DNA of 64,000 nucleotides from an uncultured virus (IMG/VR IMGVR_UViG_3300050021_000838) (lineage: Duplodnaviria; Heunggongvirae; Uroviricota; Caudoviricetes), in the IMG/VR virus record IMGVR_UViG_3300050021_000838; one strand, written 5' to 3'. Every line of letters starts with the position of its first letter. Position 1 is the first letter of the stretch. The notes under the pieces are model-generated. The model ran no database searches. It saw only the letters and a list, made by a program, of their open reading frames with translations, and had not been told where the DNA came from. Of the stretch, positions 27,818 to 38,345 are shown one piece after another. The translations under genes and the position numbers were made by a program.

Positions 27818-28590
27818 TAAACTAAATTTCCTACATTATGTCTTATTAGCTTTTTCATTGCCTCCAGATTCTCTGGCTCAGGCATAGTGAATTCTCTTAT
27901 TAAATTCGTATGACCGTAGTCCATGAACTCCTTGAATTCATACGCCCTGACATCCGTGAACATTTTCATTAACGGAAGCATCAGACTGGTAAATTCTTTA
28001 TCTGTCCACGGCGGAGTCCATACTCCTGACTTGCATAAAACGATTGCACTCAGTTCAATATTCTCTGGCAGTGAGCCAAGTCCGCAGGTGGTCTTGTATC
28101 TTTTCGGGTTGAGACTGGCGTAACCAAATTTCGGTTTGCCATCCTGCTTTCTTCTTTCTTCTGACGGATAAATCTGATGGACGTTCTTTACCGATCCCTC
28201 GCCCAATAAATGTCCGAGCCAGTTTTCGCAGGAGATCTCATTAAATCCATTATTGTAAAAAATATCATGGTGCGAATCCATGTTGATCACCAGATCATAT
28301 TTGCTTTTCCTCAGAGATTCGTAGCCGAACCGGTGACTATCCATTATGAACAGTTGAGCATTATCAGCAATCGTAATATTTTTCTCTTCGAGGATCTCCA
28401 AGAACTCCCATGGTTCCGTAGTTACCTTTATCATTTCCTTGAGGTCTTTACCCTGCATCATAGCTCCGGTGGCTCTAACACCCCACATCATGTCACCGAA
28501 GGATATACCCGCATCCTCATGGAAGTGCATATCCCAAGCCGATGACACCGGGACAAAATAATCCCAATCTATGCTGAGGGCAATCTTCAT
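27817..28590 (-). CDS. UPF0489/arginase-like metallo-protein
   Basis: LSIDWDYF, DSH, INMDSHHD, CENWL, CKSGVWTPPWTD. Confidence 0.65.
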   Translation of the reverse strand: MKIALSIDWDYFVPVSSAWDMHFHEDAGISFGDMMWGVRATGAMMQGKDLKEMIKVTTEPWEFLEILEEKNITIADNAQLFIMDSHRFGYESLRKSKYDLVINMDSHHDIFYNNGFNEISCENWLGHLLGEGSVKNVHQIYPSEERRKQDGKPKFGYASLNPKRYKTTCGLGSLPENIELSAIVLCKSGVWTPPWTDKEFTSLMLPLMKMFTDVRAYEFKEFMDYGHTNLIREFTMPEPENLEAMKKLIRHNVGNLV

Positions 28591-28645
28591 CTATTTCTTT
28601 CTCTTCCTTTGGGTGTTTGTTAAATTTTGTGTTAAAGTGTATAAC

Positions 28646-28666
28646 TTACAAATAGCGTGCTAAGAT
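28646..28666 (-). promoter_or_regulatory. sigma54-like promoter motif, copy 4
   Basis: TCTTAGCACGCTATTTGTAA. Confidence 0.75.
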
Positions 28667-28683
28667 TTATAGGTATCTCCAAC

Positions 28684-28767
28684 CGTAGTATATATACTAC
28701 GCCGGAGGCATGAAGTGCGTTTTTGATTCGTATTCGATGGGTAAACAGACTGTAGTATATATACTAC
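28684..28767. promoter_or_regulatory. two copies of the perfect palindrome GTAGTATATATACTAC (operator-like)
   Basis: Copies at 28685-28700 and 28752-28767, 67 bp apart. Confidence 0.7.
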
Positions 28768-28794
28768 GGAGGCGGTTTTCTGCCGCCCCTTTCA

Positions 28795-29076
28795 TTAAAA
28801 TACTTCAGTGACATTCTCAAGCGGGCGCAAGCCTTCCATCTTCCGGACGATCTTCCCGAATTCAGTCATCTCAATTTTAATGCATTCCTTGATAACTGCA
28901 TTCTGCCCTTTGATGAAATCCTTGAACGAGCCATTCTCTTCATTCCAGTTAAGCTGGAACTCCAGAATCGCATAATGGCTAGTCTGCGTTAAGTTCTCAA
29001 GTACAGGCTTCAACAGTTCATCCCGCTGTTCTTCGGTGAGGTCATCCAATAACTCCACTACATCTCTGATAATCAT
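28795..29076 (-). CDS. hypothetical protein
   Basis: ORF with AAGGA RBS, followed by a GGCGG/CCGCC hairpin. Confidence 0.55.
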   Translation of the reverse strand: MIIRDVVELLDDLTEEQRDELLKPVLENLTQTSHYAILEFQLNWNEENGSFKDFIKGQNAVIKECIKIEMTEFGKIVRKMEGLRPLENVTEVF

Positions 29077-29256
29077 GACGGCAGTTCCTTATATGGTAAA
29101 TTCAGAACGCCGGTCGACTCCTCCATTATCATTTTAGCCCCTCTGACAGGACTTATTATCTTACTTTATCACGGACATGAAATCTTCCTGGCATCATTTT
29201 ACTGCCAACGTGTTGTGCTGGCAGTAAGGTCAGCCGTAAAATAAAACAATTATTTT

Positions 29257-29685
29257 TCAAACATCAAGAGACTCATAAACTTTATTTTCAATACGTAGCT
29301 GATGTTCTGCCCAACTCAGCATGATTGCGAAGATAGCTTCCGTTTCGGTTAAGGCGACATCGCTACCCTTGTCTCCTATTAACTCCTCATTCTCATCAAG
29401 GTATTCGACGTACACCGGTCTCATCGGTTCATCGCTGTACTCGACATGCTTAACGACAGCACCACTTTCCTTCCTCATCCTGGTTTCAAGATCTCGTAAC
29501 TGGTTGGCATCGTTCTCCGGATCAAAGAACATGGGAGATACGGTTACGAACTCAAGTCCCCTTAGTCCATACTTTCTTTCTCCGAAGCCGGTTCCAATCT
29601 GATTTCTCAGGACCAGACCGTCCTCAGTATCGTCCAATATCAGTCCATACCATTTTGCTATTTCTATTTTTTGTTCTTTATTCAT
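29257..29685 (-). CDS. hypothetical protein
   Basis: ORF with AAGGA RBS. Confidence 0.6.
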   Translation of the reverse strand: MNKEQKIEIAKWYGLILDDTEDGLVLRNQIGTGFGERKYGLRGLEFVTVSPMFFDPENDANQLRDLETRMRKESGAVVKHVEYSDEPMRPVYVEYLDENEELIGDKGSDVALTETEAIFAIMLSWAEHQLRIENKVYESLDV

Positions 29686-29703
29686 TCGTTTATCCTTTAT
29701 TCT

Positions 29704-30234
29704 TCAATGCCTGAATAAATCATCATAATGGTCCTGCTGTCCTGGCGAGTCGTCAAAAAATTCAAGTGAATTAGCGCGAGTATCCAGTTGTATTATTCTA
29801 TGCACCCTTGGGAATTTCCATGAGACAATTCCGTCCTCATACTTGTGTTCCCCAAATTTCTTATCCATATCAGACACCCACCAGCGAAGCCCGTCTGCAC
29901 CTGGGAAGTCACCATCACGATCCAGTATGACGTGGAATCCCACAATCGCGTCTCCGCTTCTGCGTATGTGCACGATATGGACATAATCCGGCAGAACATA
30001 ACTTTCGTCTGTCATATAAGTTTTGCTCAGACCGAGTGCTGAGAACTCCTTATCTGTCATGCCAACCCCAATACCCTGGTACTTACAATCCTTAGCGTAC
30101 TTTTCATACTCATTGAGGACTATTTCGTTCTTGACCTTAAGAGCATTCTTATGCTTAGCGGTCTTATTCTGAGCCAGAGACATTCCGGTAAATAAAATCA
30201 TTAGCAGAACCATCGAACAGATAAATTTTTTCAT
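29704..30234 (-). CDS. hypothetical secreted protein
   Basis: Signal peptide MKKFICSMVLLMILFTGMSLA-Q. Confidence 0.65.
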   Translation of the reverse strand: MKKFICSMVLLMILFTGMSLAQNKTAKHKNALKVKNEIVLNEYEKYAKDCKYQGIGVGMTDKEFSALGLSKTYMTDESYVLPDYVHIVHIRRSGDAIVGFHVILDRDGDFPGADGLRWWVSDMDKKFGEHKYEDGIVSWKFPRVHRIIQLDTRANSLEFFDDSPGQQDHYDDLFRH

Positions 30235-30763
30235 TACTTTATCCTTGTTTGTTTACTGATATGCCACATTAAGACTAACTCGCCCTATTGCAACCAATTT
30301 CGTTAATACAATTTATCTATTTGTCAGGGCTTTTGAAGGGAATTCGTAGAAACGCTTTAATCAGGGAACCGGTAGTTCGCATTGACACCCGAAATAATTC
30401 GACTGAGAACTTATAATGGCGCGACCATTCACGCCAAACGTCCATCCAACTAATCTTCCATAGCCAGAACGTAAGCGATAACCGGGTTTCTTTTGCAAGC
30501 TGTGTCTCAAGCTCTTTTTCGAGCGCATCAAGATCTAAATTATTCACGGTCGCCTATTGCTTCTACCGCAGTTCTAATTCCTTCAATATAATTCAGTCCC
30601 TCTATGTTTGTGCCAGAGCAGGCATGAGCCAATATCAGGGATTCAAGCGCATCGGCAGATTCTTTCGAGATCTCTTTATGCAGTCCAGAAGTAATTGTAC
30701 CACCCTGACTGCTTCTGCCGGCAATTTCTACTACAATATCAAAAATAGGTAAAACGTATCGTG

Positions 30764-31069
30764 TCATTTTAATTTCTCCAGCTTTAATACTTTATAACGC
30801 ATTAACTGAACATATTCATCAGCATCGAGCTTCTTGAACGTGACCGCCAGAAGTGTAGTCTGATCAATCGTAGCATTAAATTTCGGTTCACCCTCTGAGT
30901 AAACGACGACCTTGTCACCGACGTCAAACCCATCAACCTTCTCCGCTGCCTTGCCCACCAGAACCGTCATCGATGCTATCAATGCTATTGATAATGCCAT
31001 CAGTCCCAATATCATTTTGTGAGCTTTCAATGTCATGCTGCTAATTATACCCTTCGACAATGTTCCCAT
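30764..31069 (-). CDS. hypothetical membrane-anchored protein
   Basis: N-terminal transmembrane segment; GGAG RBS. Confidence 0.55.
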   Translation of the reverse strand: MGTLSKGIISSMTLKAHKMILGLMALSIALIASMTVLVGKAAEKVDGFDVGDKVVVYSEGEPKFNATIDQTTLLAVTFKKLDADEYVQLMRYKVLKLEKLK

Positions 31070-31141
31070 TACTTCTCCGTTAATTTAGTTTCTAATTCAA
31101 TATTTATTTTTCCACCTACATGCGTGGAGGTTTTCGTTTCA

Positions 31142-31615
31142 TCAGAATTCAAGATCCTCTGTTTCCTGAAGATGGGCATCATGATACCCCTTCCCTATCA
31201 GAAACTTTACAAAGTCATCTACGTTATATTCCTCTTCATCCGTCTTCACATACTCATCCCGCAGAATCCGCAATTCCCTCAGTCCGCCTGTGACAACCAG
31301 AACGCCAAGTGCACCCTCATTGTCCTGCAGATTAAAATAATGAGTTTTATCTCTGGGGATCACAATCGGTTTCGTAACTCCAGCCCTTTGAATGGCTACA
31401 TTGGCACTTGCCAGTGCTGGAATCCATTGCTCCAGTGTCATTCTCATTATCGGTTCATCCGGATAGTCCAGATGCATCTGCAAAGTGTGGGCAAGATGGC
31501 AAACGCTATCTCCCCTCATAAAAAATCCGGGCCAGTCCTTACCGAACTGAACAACTCCAGTCTCTACCCGTTCGGTCTCATCAAACGGAATTATTCTTAC
31601 TGGTACTTCTTCCAT
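31142..31615 (-). CDS. hypothetical protein
   Basis: RVETGVVQFG.DWPG.F.RGD motif; coupled to the ligase stop. Confidence 0.6.
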   Translation of the reverse strand: MEEVPVRIIPFDETERVETGVVQFGKDWPGFFMRGDSVCHLAHTLQMHLDYPDEPIMRMTLEQWIPALASANVAIQRAGVTKPIVIPRDKTHYFNLQDNEGALGVLVVTGGLRELRILRDEYVKTDEEEYNVDDFVKFLIGKGYHDAHLQETEDLEF

Positions 31616-32739
31616 TATGCAGCCTCATCGATGTCTGCTTCAAGGCGTATAGCAAATGCTTCTCCGGGCTTACCGACCGCTATCGTCGGAACTCCATCCT
31701 CAGACAGATCGAAATACTTAACCATCAGCATTTTGCCAATGTAGCTCTCCCCATGTTCAAACCAGTATGCTTTCTTCGAATAGCTACCGACAGGCACCAC
31801 CTCGAAAGTTTTGCCATTAGGCAACCCGCAAGTGAAGGTAACACAACCTTTGTTTCTGCCGACTCCATCTGTAAACCCTACGATGGGAAATTCTTTATCC
31901 TTGAAACTTTTTACCTTCAGTACGTCATAGGTCTCTTTGCCAAGGACATACGGAGCCTTGATATTACGAACCATAGCACCTTCATAGCCCTCCAATACGA
32001 ATCGTTTCTCATAAGCGAGGACTTCAGCTTCATTGTTAGCGATGAACGTTTCTTCCACCACGATACTCGGACTATCGATTTTGCTGAATATGTCATTCAA
32101 TAATTCCAGTCTTGCATCCTGTGGCATAGAGAGGTCATCCAGATTCACAAGGTCAAAAGCATTGAAATTCATGGCATCAGACTTTGCTCCACGATATTTC
32201 TTTACCCGCCTATTGCACTCCTGAAGGTTGATGCCATGCAGATATATTTCACCGCATGGAATAATGTTCGCCGGAATCTTCCCCGCCAAGGCTTTATTTA
32301 TATGCTGTACGGTATCATACGATTTATTGCCACGACTCTGCAGTTTGATATCGCTGATATCGCCGACAGCCATCGTATTAAGTCCATTCAGCTTATGCTG
32401 AACTATGCAGGGATATATAATCTTCTTCTTATGGTCATCAAATACATTGGCATGCTGCGGAAGGATCTTCGTAGTCTCCTCTGCGCAATCCGGTGTCAAT
32501 GAATACTTGACATCCAATTTCTTCTGCCACTGACTTTTAATTTCAAGTTCCGCCTGCTGTTCAGGTGTGGTTTCATTGGCTTTACCGATGTTCTTACCGA
32601 CGCAGGCTACAGGTTCTGATTCCCTGAGCTTACCGCCCATCTCACCGAACTCTTTAATAATGTTACATCCTTCCGTGCGGATCGTCCATTGCTGGATCTT
32701 GCCCGTCTTGGCTTTCTGATACAATGTTGCTAATATCAT
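31615..32739 (-). CDS. ATP-dependent DNA ligase (phage type), paralog A
   Basis: Motif I QHKLNG, III CGEIY, IIIa FNAFD, IV EGYEGAMVR, V LKVKSF, C-terminal OB fold. Confidence 0.88.
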   Translation of the reverse strand: MILATLYQKAKTGKIQQWTIRTEGCNIIKEFGEMGGKLRESEPVACVGKNIGKANETTPEQQAELEIKSQWQKKLDVKYSLTPDCAEETTKILPQHANVFDDHKKKIIYPCIVQHKLNGLNTMAVGDISDIKLQSRGNKSYDTVQHINKALAGKIPANIIPCGEIYLHGINLQECNRRVKKYRGAKSDAMNFNAFDLVNLDDLSMPQDARLELLNDIFSKIDSPSIVVEETFIANNEAEVLAYEKRFVLEGYEGAMVRNIKAPYVLGKETYDVLKVKSFKDKEFPIVGFTDGVGRNKGCVTFTCGLPNGKTFEVVPVGSYSKKAYWFEHGESYIGKMLMVKYFDLSEDGVPTIAVGKPGEAFAIRLEADIDEAA

Positions 32740-33016
32740 GGTTTCCTTCTATGATTAAATTTCTAAATTCTATCCTCTTCCTGTTATATCTTCTGGGTAA
32801 TATCTGCCCCACACCCTATCAATGCTGACATCCTGAACGTCCTTGATGGTCAATCCTATGAAGACCAAAAACTGAATTATCTTCAGACATCCATTTGGGG
32901 AATCCGTAGACTCGAACGCCTTAATTAGTTCATCCTCATGCCGCCATGTTATGCCGCTGACATTCTTTCTTTGAAGCAGATGAACGACCTGCCTGGCTGA
33001 ATCATAAGTGCAACAA

Positions 33017-33469
33017 TCAGGCTTTAACATCAGGCGCATCCGCATAAAATAAATTTATCGGCTCCCAAACCTGTCCTGCCAAATCGGCATATAAGTCCTT
33101 GAACACGCCATAGACAGCGAGAGCTTCGTTATGGTCCTCATAATCGTCATGAGTTTTATCGTCCTTGCTGGCAAGCGTATATTCGTTGGTGACATTCCAT
33201 TCAATTTCACCTAGACATTTACCTACACCACCGATTACGGTAGAGAGCAACTCGTCTGATAATTCGTTCCCGCCTTCCCTAAAGGCTTCATAGCCAGCAT
33301 TGAGTTTTTCAAATGCTTCGAAGGACATCCGATATTCATCATAACCCGGATTACCTTCGTTCTTCGATTCATTATCAAAATCTTCTTCCAGTGCGCGTTG
33401 CATTTCTGGAAGAGCCAAATTAAAGGCGCTGTTTATCAGTTGGCGCTGAACATCGGTTATTACTTTCAT
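33017..33469 (-). CDS. hypothetical acidic protein
   Basis: Likely start MKVITDVQ after AAGGA. Confidence 0.55.
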   Translation of the reverse strand: MKVITDVQRQLINSAFNLALPEMQRALEEDFDNESKNEGNPGYDEYRMSFEAFEKLNAGYEAFREGGNELSDELLSTVIGGVGKCLGEIEWNVTNEYTLASKDDKTHDDYEDHNEALAVYGVFKDLYADLAGQVWEPINLFYADAPDVKA

Positions 33470-33476
33470 ATATTCC

Positions 33477-34181
33477 TTATGTTTTACTATTATCAATTCC
33501 AACAAACGGCTGCAAACCTTTGCCGCCATTGTACCAGAACAAATTCTTGAACAAAATGTCGTTATCATTCAGGACTTTCACCCGATTCTTGTTGACATAT
33601 TCCACCAGATCCGAGTGACTACCGATTTCTCGGTCATTCGTCATATCCCGCCATCCTGATCCGGATACTTCGATGGTAATTTCTTTTGCATCCTCAATCT
33701 TCATGGTTAATCTTGCTGCTTCAGCTTTCTTTTCGTTTGCCTCCTGCACCCGCCACATGATTGCGACTGACAAATCCCCTAACTCGCAACACCATTTAGG
33801 ATGCAATCCTTCTTCCGGACATCTCCATACAAACGAGACACCCATATCAATAAATTTCAATGTCATGTCAATAAGCCCAAGCATGTGCCTGACACCCATA
33901 TCTGCTTTTCTAACGAACTCAACATTACATTTCTCATCCCCGAAGACAGGACTCTTGCTTTCTTTGTCCTTGTAAACCATCTGCATGAATTTCCATGTAT
34001 CAGCATGGACGCCCTTCTGGGATAATCGCGCCTGATGATACAGGCATACTTCCGTATCCAGAGTAACGCAATTTTCATATTTGATCGGCTCCATATTCTC
34101 GGGTGCCGGACAAATGATATTAAGCGGTTTCGCTTCTACGGTGTGAGATTCACCGTTGCTTGTCATCGTGAATTCGGACAT
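33477..34181 (-). CDS. hypothetical protein
   Basis: First ORF after motif copy 5. Confidence 0.65.
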   Translation of the reverse strand: MSEFTMTSNGESHTVEAKPLNIICPAPENMEPIKYENCVTLDTEVCLYHQARLSQKGVHADTWKFMQMVYKDKESKSPVFGDEKCNVEFVRKADMGVRHMLGLIDMTLKFIDMGVSFVWRCPEEGLHPKWCCELGDLSVAIMWRVQEANEKKAEAARLTMKIEDAKEITIEVSGSGWRDMTNDREIGSHSDLVEYVNKNRVKVLNDNDILFKNLFWYNGGKGLQPFVGIDNSKT

Positions 34182-34219
34182 TATCAGGTTACCTGTTTTT
34201 GGGTTGTTATAAGGTATAC

Positions 34220-34240
34220 TTTCAAAGACCGTGCTAAGAA
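34220..34240 (-). promoter_or_regulatory. sigma54-like promoter motif, copy 5
   Basis: TTCTTAGCACGGTCTTTGAAA; its TAG also serves as the stop of the upstream ORF. Confidence 0.75.
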
Positions 34241-34514
34241 ATAATTGGTTCAGTATCTTCGGTTATTAAAATATCGTACAGTCTCCAGTCCTCTTCATCG
34301 AACAAATCATAGACATCCGATTCTGGCGTATGGCTGATAATCACTGTATCCTTAACATGATCGAACTCGGTAACCAGCCGTGAAGGTCTAGCGCCATCTA
34401 ATATGCTTACGGCTATCTCTTCGAGCGCATCCATGTCGGATTCAGAATAATCTTTTATTTTCTGCTGGAGAAGTCTGACCAGCTCATCGACCTTTATTTC
34501 ATATTTCTTGTTCT

Positions 34515-34952
34515 TCATACTTGAAACTGCTCCTCTTTATCCGTCCACGGATTCGTCGAAATGAAATATCCGATACGGTTTACCACATGGGCGCCGGCTA
34601 TAACATAAGTCTTACTATCATCTCCATCTACCAGCGTCCATACCAAACTCGGATCTGTAACCTTAATATGGTCCAACTCGAAGCCATAGGTCTCAAAGAG
34701 GAATCCTTCCCAAGGGGCGTCTTGAATTATATGGTTGGCGACCAGTGGATATTTCGCTATGAAGCCTTCCCAATCATCATCTTCATGTGCTATTTCCATT
34801 CCCAAACCTGTGTAGTCCATGTAATCTTGTATCTTTTCGAACAAGCTTTCCTCGTCTGGAGTCAATACTGGGCGGCCTTTCATGTCCTGCCAGATCGCCG
34901 ATATGATTTCATCCGCCTTGTCCTGTTGCTTGTATTCTTTCTCTTCTGCCAT
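34515..34952 (-). CDS. hypothetical phage protein
   Basis: FETYG.E...VWTLVDGD...G.HVVNRIGY. Confidence 0.65.
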   Translation of the reverse strand: MAEEKEYKQQDKADEIISAIWQDMKGRPVLTPDEESLFEKIQDYMDYTGLGMEIAHEDDDWEGFIAKYPLVANHIIQDAPWEGFLFETYGFELDHIKVTDPSLVWTLVDGDDSKTYVIAGAHVVNRIGYFISTNPWTDKEEQFQV

Positions 34953-34964
34953 CTTAACCTTCCT

Positions 34965-35447
34965 TTATGTTTCAAAAATGTCTAACGAGTTCATAAATAT
35001 CCTTGCCAGCTGCGGACTTACATTAAATCTTTCGCAGTTGAGCGCCACTCCTTCCGGGAAATCAGAGTAACCGGCATGTCTCATGCTTGCCGCCTTCCAA
35101 TCCACAAACATTTCTAGCAAGTCAATGATGTTCATACCGTCCACCCCAATCTCATGGTATTCTGGATGGTGACGATTTATTGCGTGATGATGCTTGCGGA
35201 TCTCTTTCAGTTCCTCTCTATATGCCACTTCCTCAGTCGAGCCATAGGAACATCCATTAAGCTTTTTCGTATACCCCGAAAAGCCTTCCAATTCCGGTTG
35301 TTCTAATTTCGATGCATCGTGCTTCTCACAACGATGGACTAACGTGTTCGCTAGAATGTCCGCAAATTGCCTAACCAATATGATATGCTTCTGCGTTTCT
35401 AATTTAGCTTCTTCCAATTCTTCCTTACTCTTCATAATAGCTTCCAT
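34965..35447 (-). CDS. DUF5662-like HD-related protein
   Basis: HDASKL...HH...NRHHPEY...DLLEMFVDWKAASMRH. Confidence 0.75.
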   Translation of the reverse strand: MEAIMKSKEELEEAKLETQKHIILVRQFADILANTLVHRCEKHDASKLEQPELEGFSGYTKKLNGCSYGSTEEVAYREELKEIRKHHHAINRHHPEYHEIGVDGMNIIDLLEMFVDWKAASMRHAGYSDFPEGVALNCERFNVSPQLARIFMNSLDIFET

Positions 35448-35823
35448 CCAATTTATGTGGCTGATATTCGTTCAAGTCCCCAGACAATCTTGTTCGAAAC
35501 TCAGTAAAATCTTTTGGCGATAGTTCATCCGCCGCTGAGTCAAACAAAGCGTTGAAATGATCGTAGAACGACCTGACCTTCTTTTTCATAGGTCCGGAGT
35601 TTCTGATTTGCCAGATATTCTCCCGTACTTTCTTGTTCGGATACTTATACGGATCAGCTTTCTTAATTAACTTCGCCGTCCGGAAAATCATTTCTCCATT
35701 ATCAAGCAAAATTCTATACGAGGTTCTGGAGCCTGCCTTGATTACTTCCTTGACATCACCAATCATCTGCTGGTCATCTTGCTTCGTTGTGATTCTGTCA
35801 TCGATGCTATACACGGTCTTCAT
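35425..35823 (-). CDS. hypothetical protein
   Basis: ORF with AAGGA RBS. Confidence 0.55.
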   Translation of the reverse strand: MKTVYSIDDRITTKQDDQQMIGDVKEVIKAGSRTSYRILLDNGEMIFRTAKLIKKADPYKYPNKKVRENIWQIRNSGPMKKKVRSFYDHFNALFDSAADELSPKDFTEFRTRLSGDLNEYQPHKLDGSYYEE

Positions 35824-35885
35824 TCTTATCCTTTAATTTTCATTCTACCATTCTAAACAATCTGCGCTTAACGTCTGTATCTTCA

Positions 35886-36164
35886 TCAGTTATTCTCATT
35901 TTTATTCGTTTTCAAAATCACGTTCACATCCCCCATTAAGCTCTTGCTCTCCTGGTGAAACTCAGCCAGATCATTGACCACATGTTCAAATTGTCTCTCG
36001 TCCAAGCCAAAATATTCGAAGTCGCCCACCCAATCCGAGTTATTCTTGGCATTCACGCTGATTATTAGCCAGCGCTCATGTTTGATTGCAAATACTAATG
36101 TCCTCCACAACCAATATAATTTGTGCGTTCCGGTCTGGAAACCCGTTTTTATCCCAGTGAGCAT
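35886..36164 (-). CDS. hypothetical protein
   Basis: First ORF after motif copy 6. Confidence 0.6.
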   Translation of the reverse strand: MLTGIKTGFQTGTHKLYWLWRTLVFAIKHERWLIISVNAKNNSDWVGDFEYFGLDERQFEHVVNDLAEFHQESKSLMGDVNVILKTNKNENN

Positions 36165-36200
36165 CTTATCCCTGTTATTTTGAGTGTTATGAAGTGTAAC

Positions 36201-36221
36201 TTACAAGAAGTGTGCTAAGAA
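36201..36221 (-). promoter_or_regulatory. sigma54-like promoter motif, copy 6
   Basis: TTCTTAGCACACTTCTTGTAA. Confidence 0.75.
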
Positions 36222-36252
36222 ATATTTGGTCTTACAAATATGAAAATCAGTG

Positions 36253-36663
36253 CTACGCAGCTGCTTGCATTTTGTTCTTGATTTCTCCAAGAAACGCCAG
36301 AACCTTCGGGTGCAACCTCGTATTACGTGAACCATAGCGGATACATCTTTCTGCAATCACTTCCGTTATGAAGTCCAGTGGCATTTTCTTGTCCAACTTT
36401 ATGATGGCTTCGGATATATCTTCATAGGCAGTGGTAAAATCATGGTAGCTGGGCGTCATTGGTACACCGCCAGCGAATTCTGCCGAACTGATCGTAAAAC
36501 ACTTACGCCCTAATCGGTGAATGGCAGGGTTGTCCTGGGCATTCTTCATTTCTGTTGCGAATATTTTAAGCTGGTTGGCTCTTTTTTGTGCATCCCAAAC
36601 CATCTGGGAGACTTTCGTGATCGTTTGCTCAATCGAGGACTGAAACTCCTTGGACTCCATCAT
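36253..36663 (-). CDS. hypothetical protein
   Basis: Single ORF between motif copies 7 and 6. Confidence 0.65.
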   Translation of the reverse strand: MMESKEFQSSIEQTITKVSQMVWDAQKRANQLKIFATEMKNAQDNPAIHRLGRKCFTISSAEFAGGVPMTPSYHDFTTAYEDISEAIIKLDKKMPLDFITEVIAERCIRYGSRNTRLHPKVLAFLGEIKNKMQAAA

Positions 36664-36703
36664 TATACCTTGAAACTGTTATTTTTGTGTTATGAGGTAT
36701 AAC

Positions 36704-36724
36704 GAACAAGTTCCGTGCTAAGTT
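36704..36724 (-). promoter_or_regulatory. sigma54-like promoter motif, copy 7
   Basis: AACTTAGCACGGAACTTGTTC, abutting the parB stop. Confidence 0.7.
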
Positions 36725-37574
36725 ATTTTTTAGCTTTCAGAACCCGTAACTTTTCAGTTAACTGTCTAATTAAGTCTTTTTTATCAGTATACTTGAAGGT
36801 CAAACTCAGGACCGTAGACTTGATTGCATGCTTATCCCTGATTTCCCTTGCCATCACCATTGCATCTTCTGCGGGGACGAATTCCTGATAAATTATTTTG
36901 TCGAACAAGGCTTTTTGTTCATCCGGGAAATCCTTAATCAGGTGCAAAGCTTTTGCGTGGCCGATAGACATTGGAGTCTTAGCTTCCTTCTTGAAACTTA
37001 CTATCTCTTTTTGCATTTCTTCAGGCAGATTCAGGATCCTAACATAATTCTTTCTTGTCGATTCTGATATTCCAAGCATTGCCTCCACTTCAGACCAGGG
37101 TGCATTTTCTCCCAGCATGCCCTTGTACTCCAAAAGAGCGTATGCTTTATCCACCACATTCAGATCTTCCCGACATAAATTCTCAATCAACTGCTTAGCA
37201 AAGATGTCCTTGCCATCAGAAGGCTTCAGAATCATGCATGGCAGTTCCGCTATGCCAAGATCTCGTGCCGCCCGATATCTTCTCTCCCCCGTAATCAAAA
37301 CAAACGTACCAGCGTCTTCTGAGCGAACTGTGAGTGGCTGCAATATTCCATGCATCTGTATGGAATTCATCAATTCCTGCATTTTAGCGGGATCAAACTC
37401 CTTTCTGGGCTGGTTTTCGTCCGGATGAACGAGTTCTATTGCGATTATTCGGGCATTAGATAACCTTTTTGACTGACTATACCCGCCATCGGACTGGAAT
37501 TTACTGGTCAATTCAATTCCAGGTCTATCGTTCTTTAGGGATTCATTAAGCTGTTTCGTAAAATTTTTCGACAC
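36723..37574 (-). CDS. parB: ParB/RepB/Spo0J partition protein
   Basis: PDENQPRKEFD, HGILQPL, LITGERRYRAA, IENLCREDL, HTH. Confidence 0.92.
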   Translation of the reverse strand: MSKNFTKQLNESLKNDRPGIELTSKFQSDGGYSQSKRLSNARIIAIELVHPDENQPRKEFDPAKMQELMNSIQMHGILQPLTVRSEDAGTFVLITGERRYRAARDLGIAELPCMILKPSDGKDIFAKQLIENLCREDLNVVDKAYALLEYKGMLGENAPWSEVEAMLGISESTRKNYVRILNLPEEMQKEIVSFKKEAKTPMSIGHAKALHLIKDFPDEQKALFDKIIYQEFVPAEDAMVMAREIRDKHAIKSTVLSLTFKYTDKKDLIRQLTEKLRVLKAKK

Positions 37575-38343
37575 GTTCCATCATCTCCTTGAAAAGTGAT
37601 TTAATCGTAAGAACTCCATCTTCCTGACTGATGGACTTGTTGGCTATTAACTTATGCGTGGAATTTGCTTCTGCAAAAAGAGGTATATTCCTAACTATGC
37701 TCTTGAAAACCGTGTCTCCGTATAAATTTCTAATCACCTTTACCATGTCCGCTTCATATCTACGTCGTCCCAATAACTTGTTTATTACGATACCAAGTAA
37801 AACCAAATCCGGGTTACTACGTTTCTTGATAGCATCAACCGTTGCCGTTAACTGATTAGCTCCGCTTGCCGCCCATTCTCCAGCTTCCACCGGAACTACG
37901 AAGAATGAAGCATAGGTTAGAGCCATCCTGGTCGCCCGCAATAAATTCGGAGCGCAATCGAGGATCACATAATCATAATCTCTTTCGACATCCACCAGCG
38001 CCTCCTTCAATCTAAACTGAGCATCATCTGCCATCGCCAGTTTGATATCCACGTCTCCGAATGCCAGATTGCATGGGATAATGTCGATTAACTTCCATTT
38101 CGTCGGCTGGATTATATCTTTCGCTGGTGTATCATTGACAATCAGGTCATTTATGGTAAGCGGTATGGTCTGATATTCCTTATTCAGAAAGAATTTCGAC
38201 ATATTGCCCTGCGGATCTGTATCCACAAGCAGTATCCTACTTTTCTTATCCGAAGCTGCCGCTCCAGCTATCTGAATAGTGAGCGTGGTCTTGCCGACTC
38301 CCCCTTTTTGGTTCGCAAATGCAATCCGTACCGGTTCTTTCAT
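37546..38343 (-). CDS. parA: ParA/Soj partition ATPase
   Basis: NQKGGVGKTT, VDTDPQGN, YDYVILDCAP. Confidence 0.93.
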   Translation of the reverse strand: MKEPVRIAFANQKGGVGKTTLTIQIAGAAASDKKSRILLVDTDPQGNMSKFFLNKEYQTIPLTINDLIVNDTPAKDIIQPTKWKLIDIIPCNLAFGDVDIKLAMADDAQFRLKEALVDVERDYDYVILDCAPNLLRATRMALTYASFFVVPVEAGEWAASGANQLTATVDAIKKRSNPDLVLLGIVINKLLGRRRYEADMVKVIRNLYGDTVFKSIVRNIPLFAEANSTHKLIANKSISQEDGVLTIKSLFKEMMERVEKFYETA

Positions 38344-38345
38344 GC

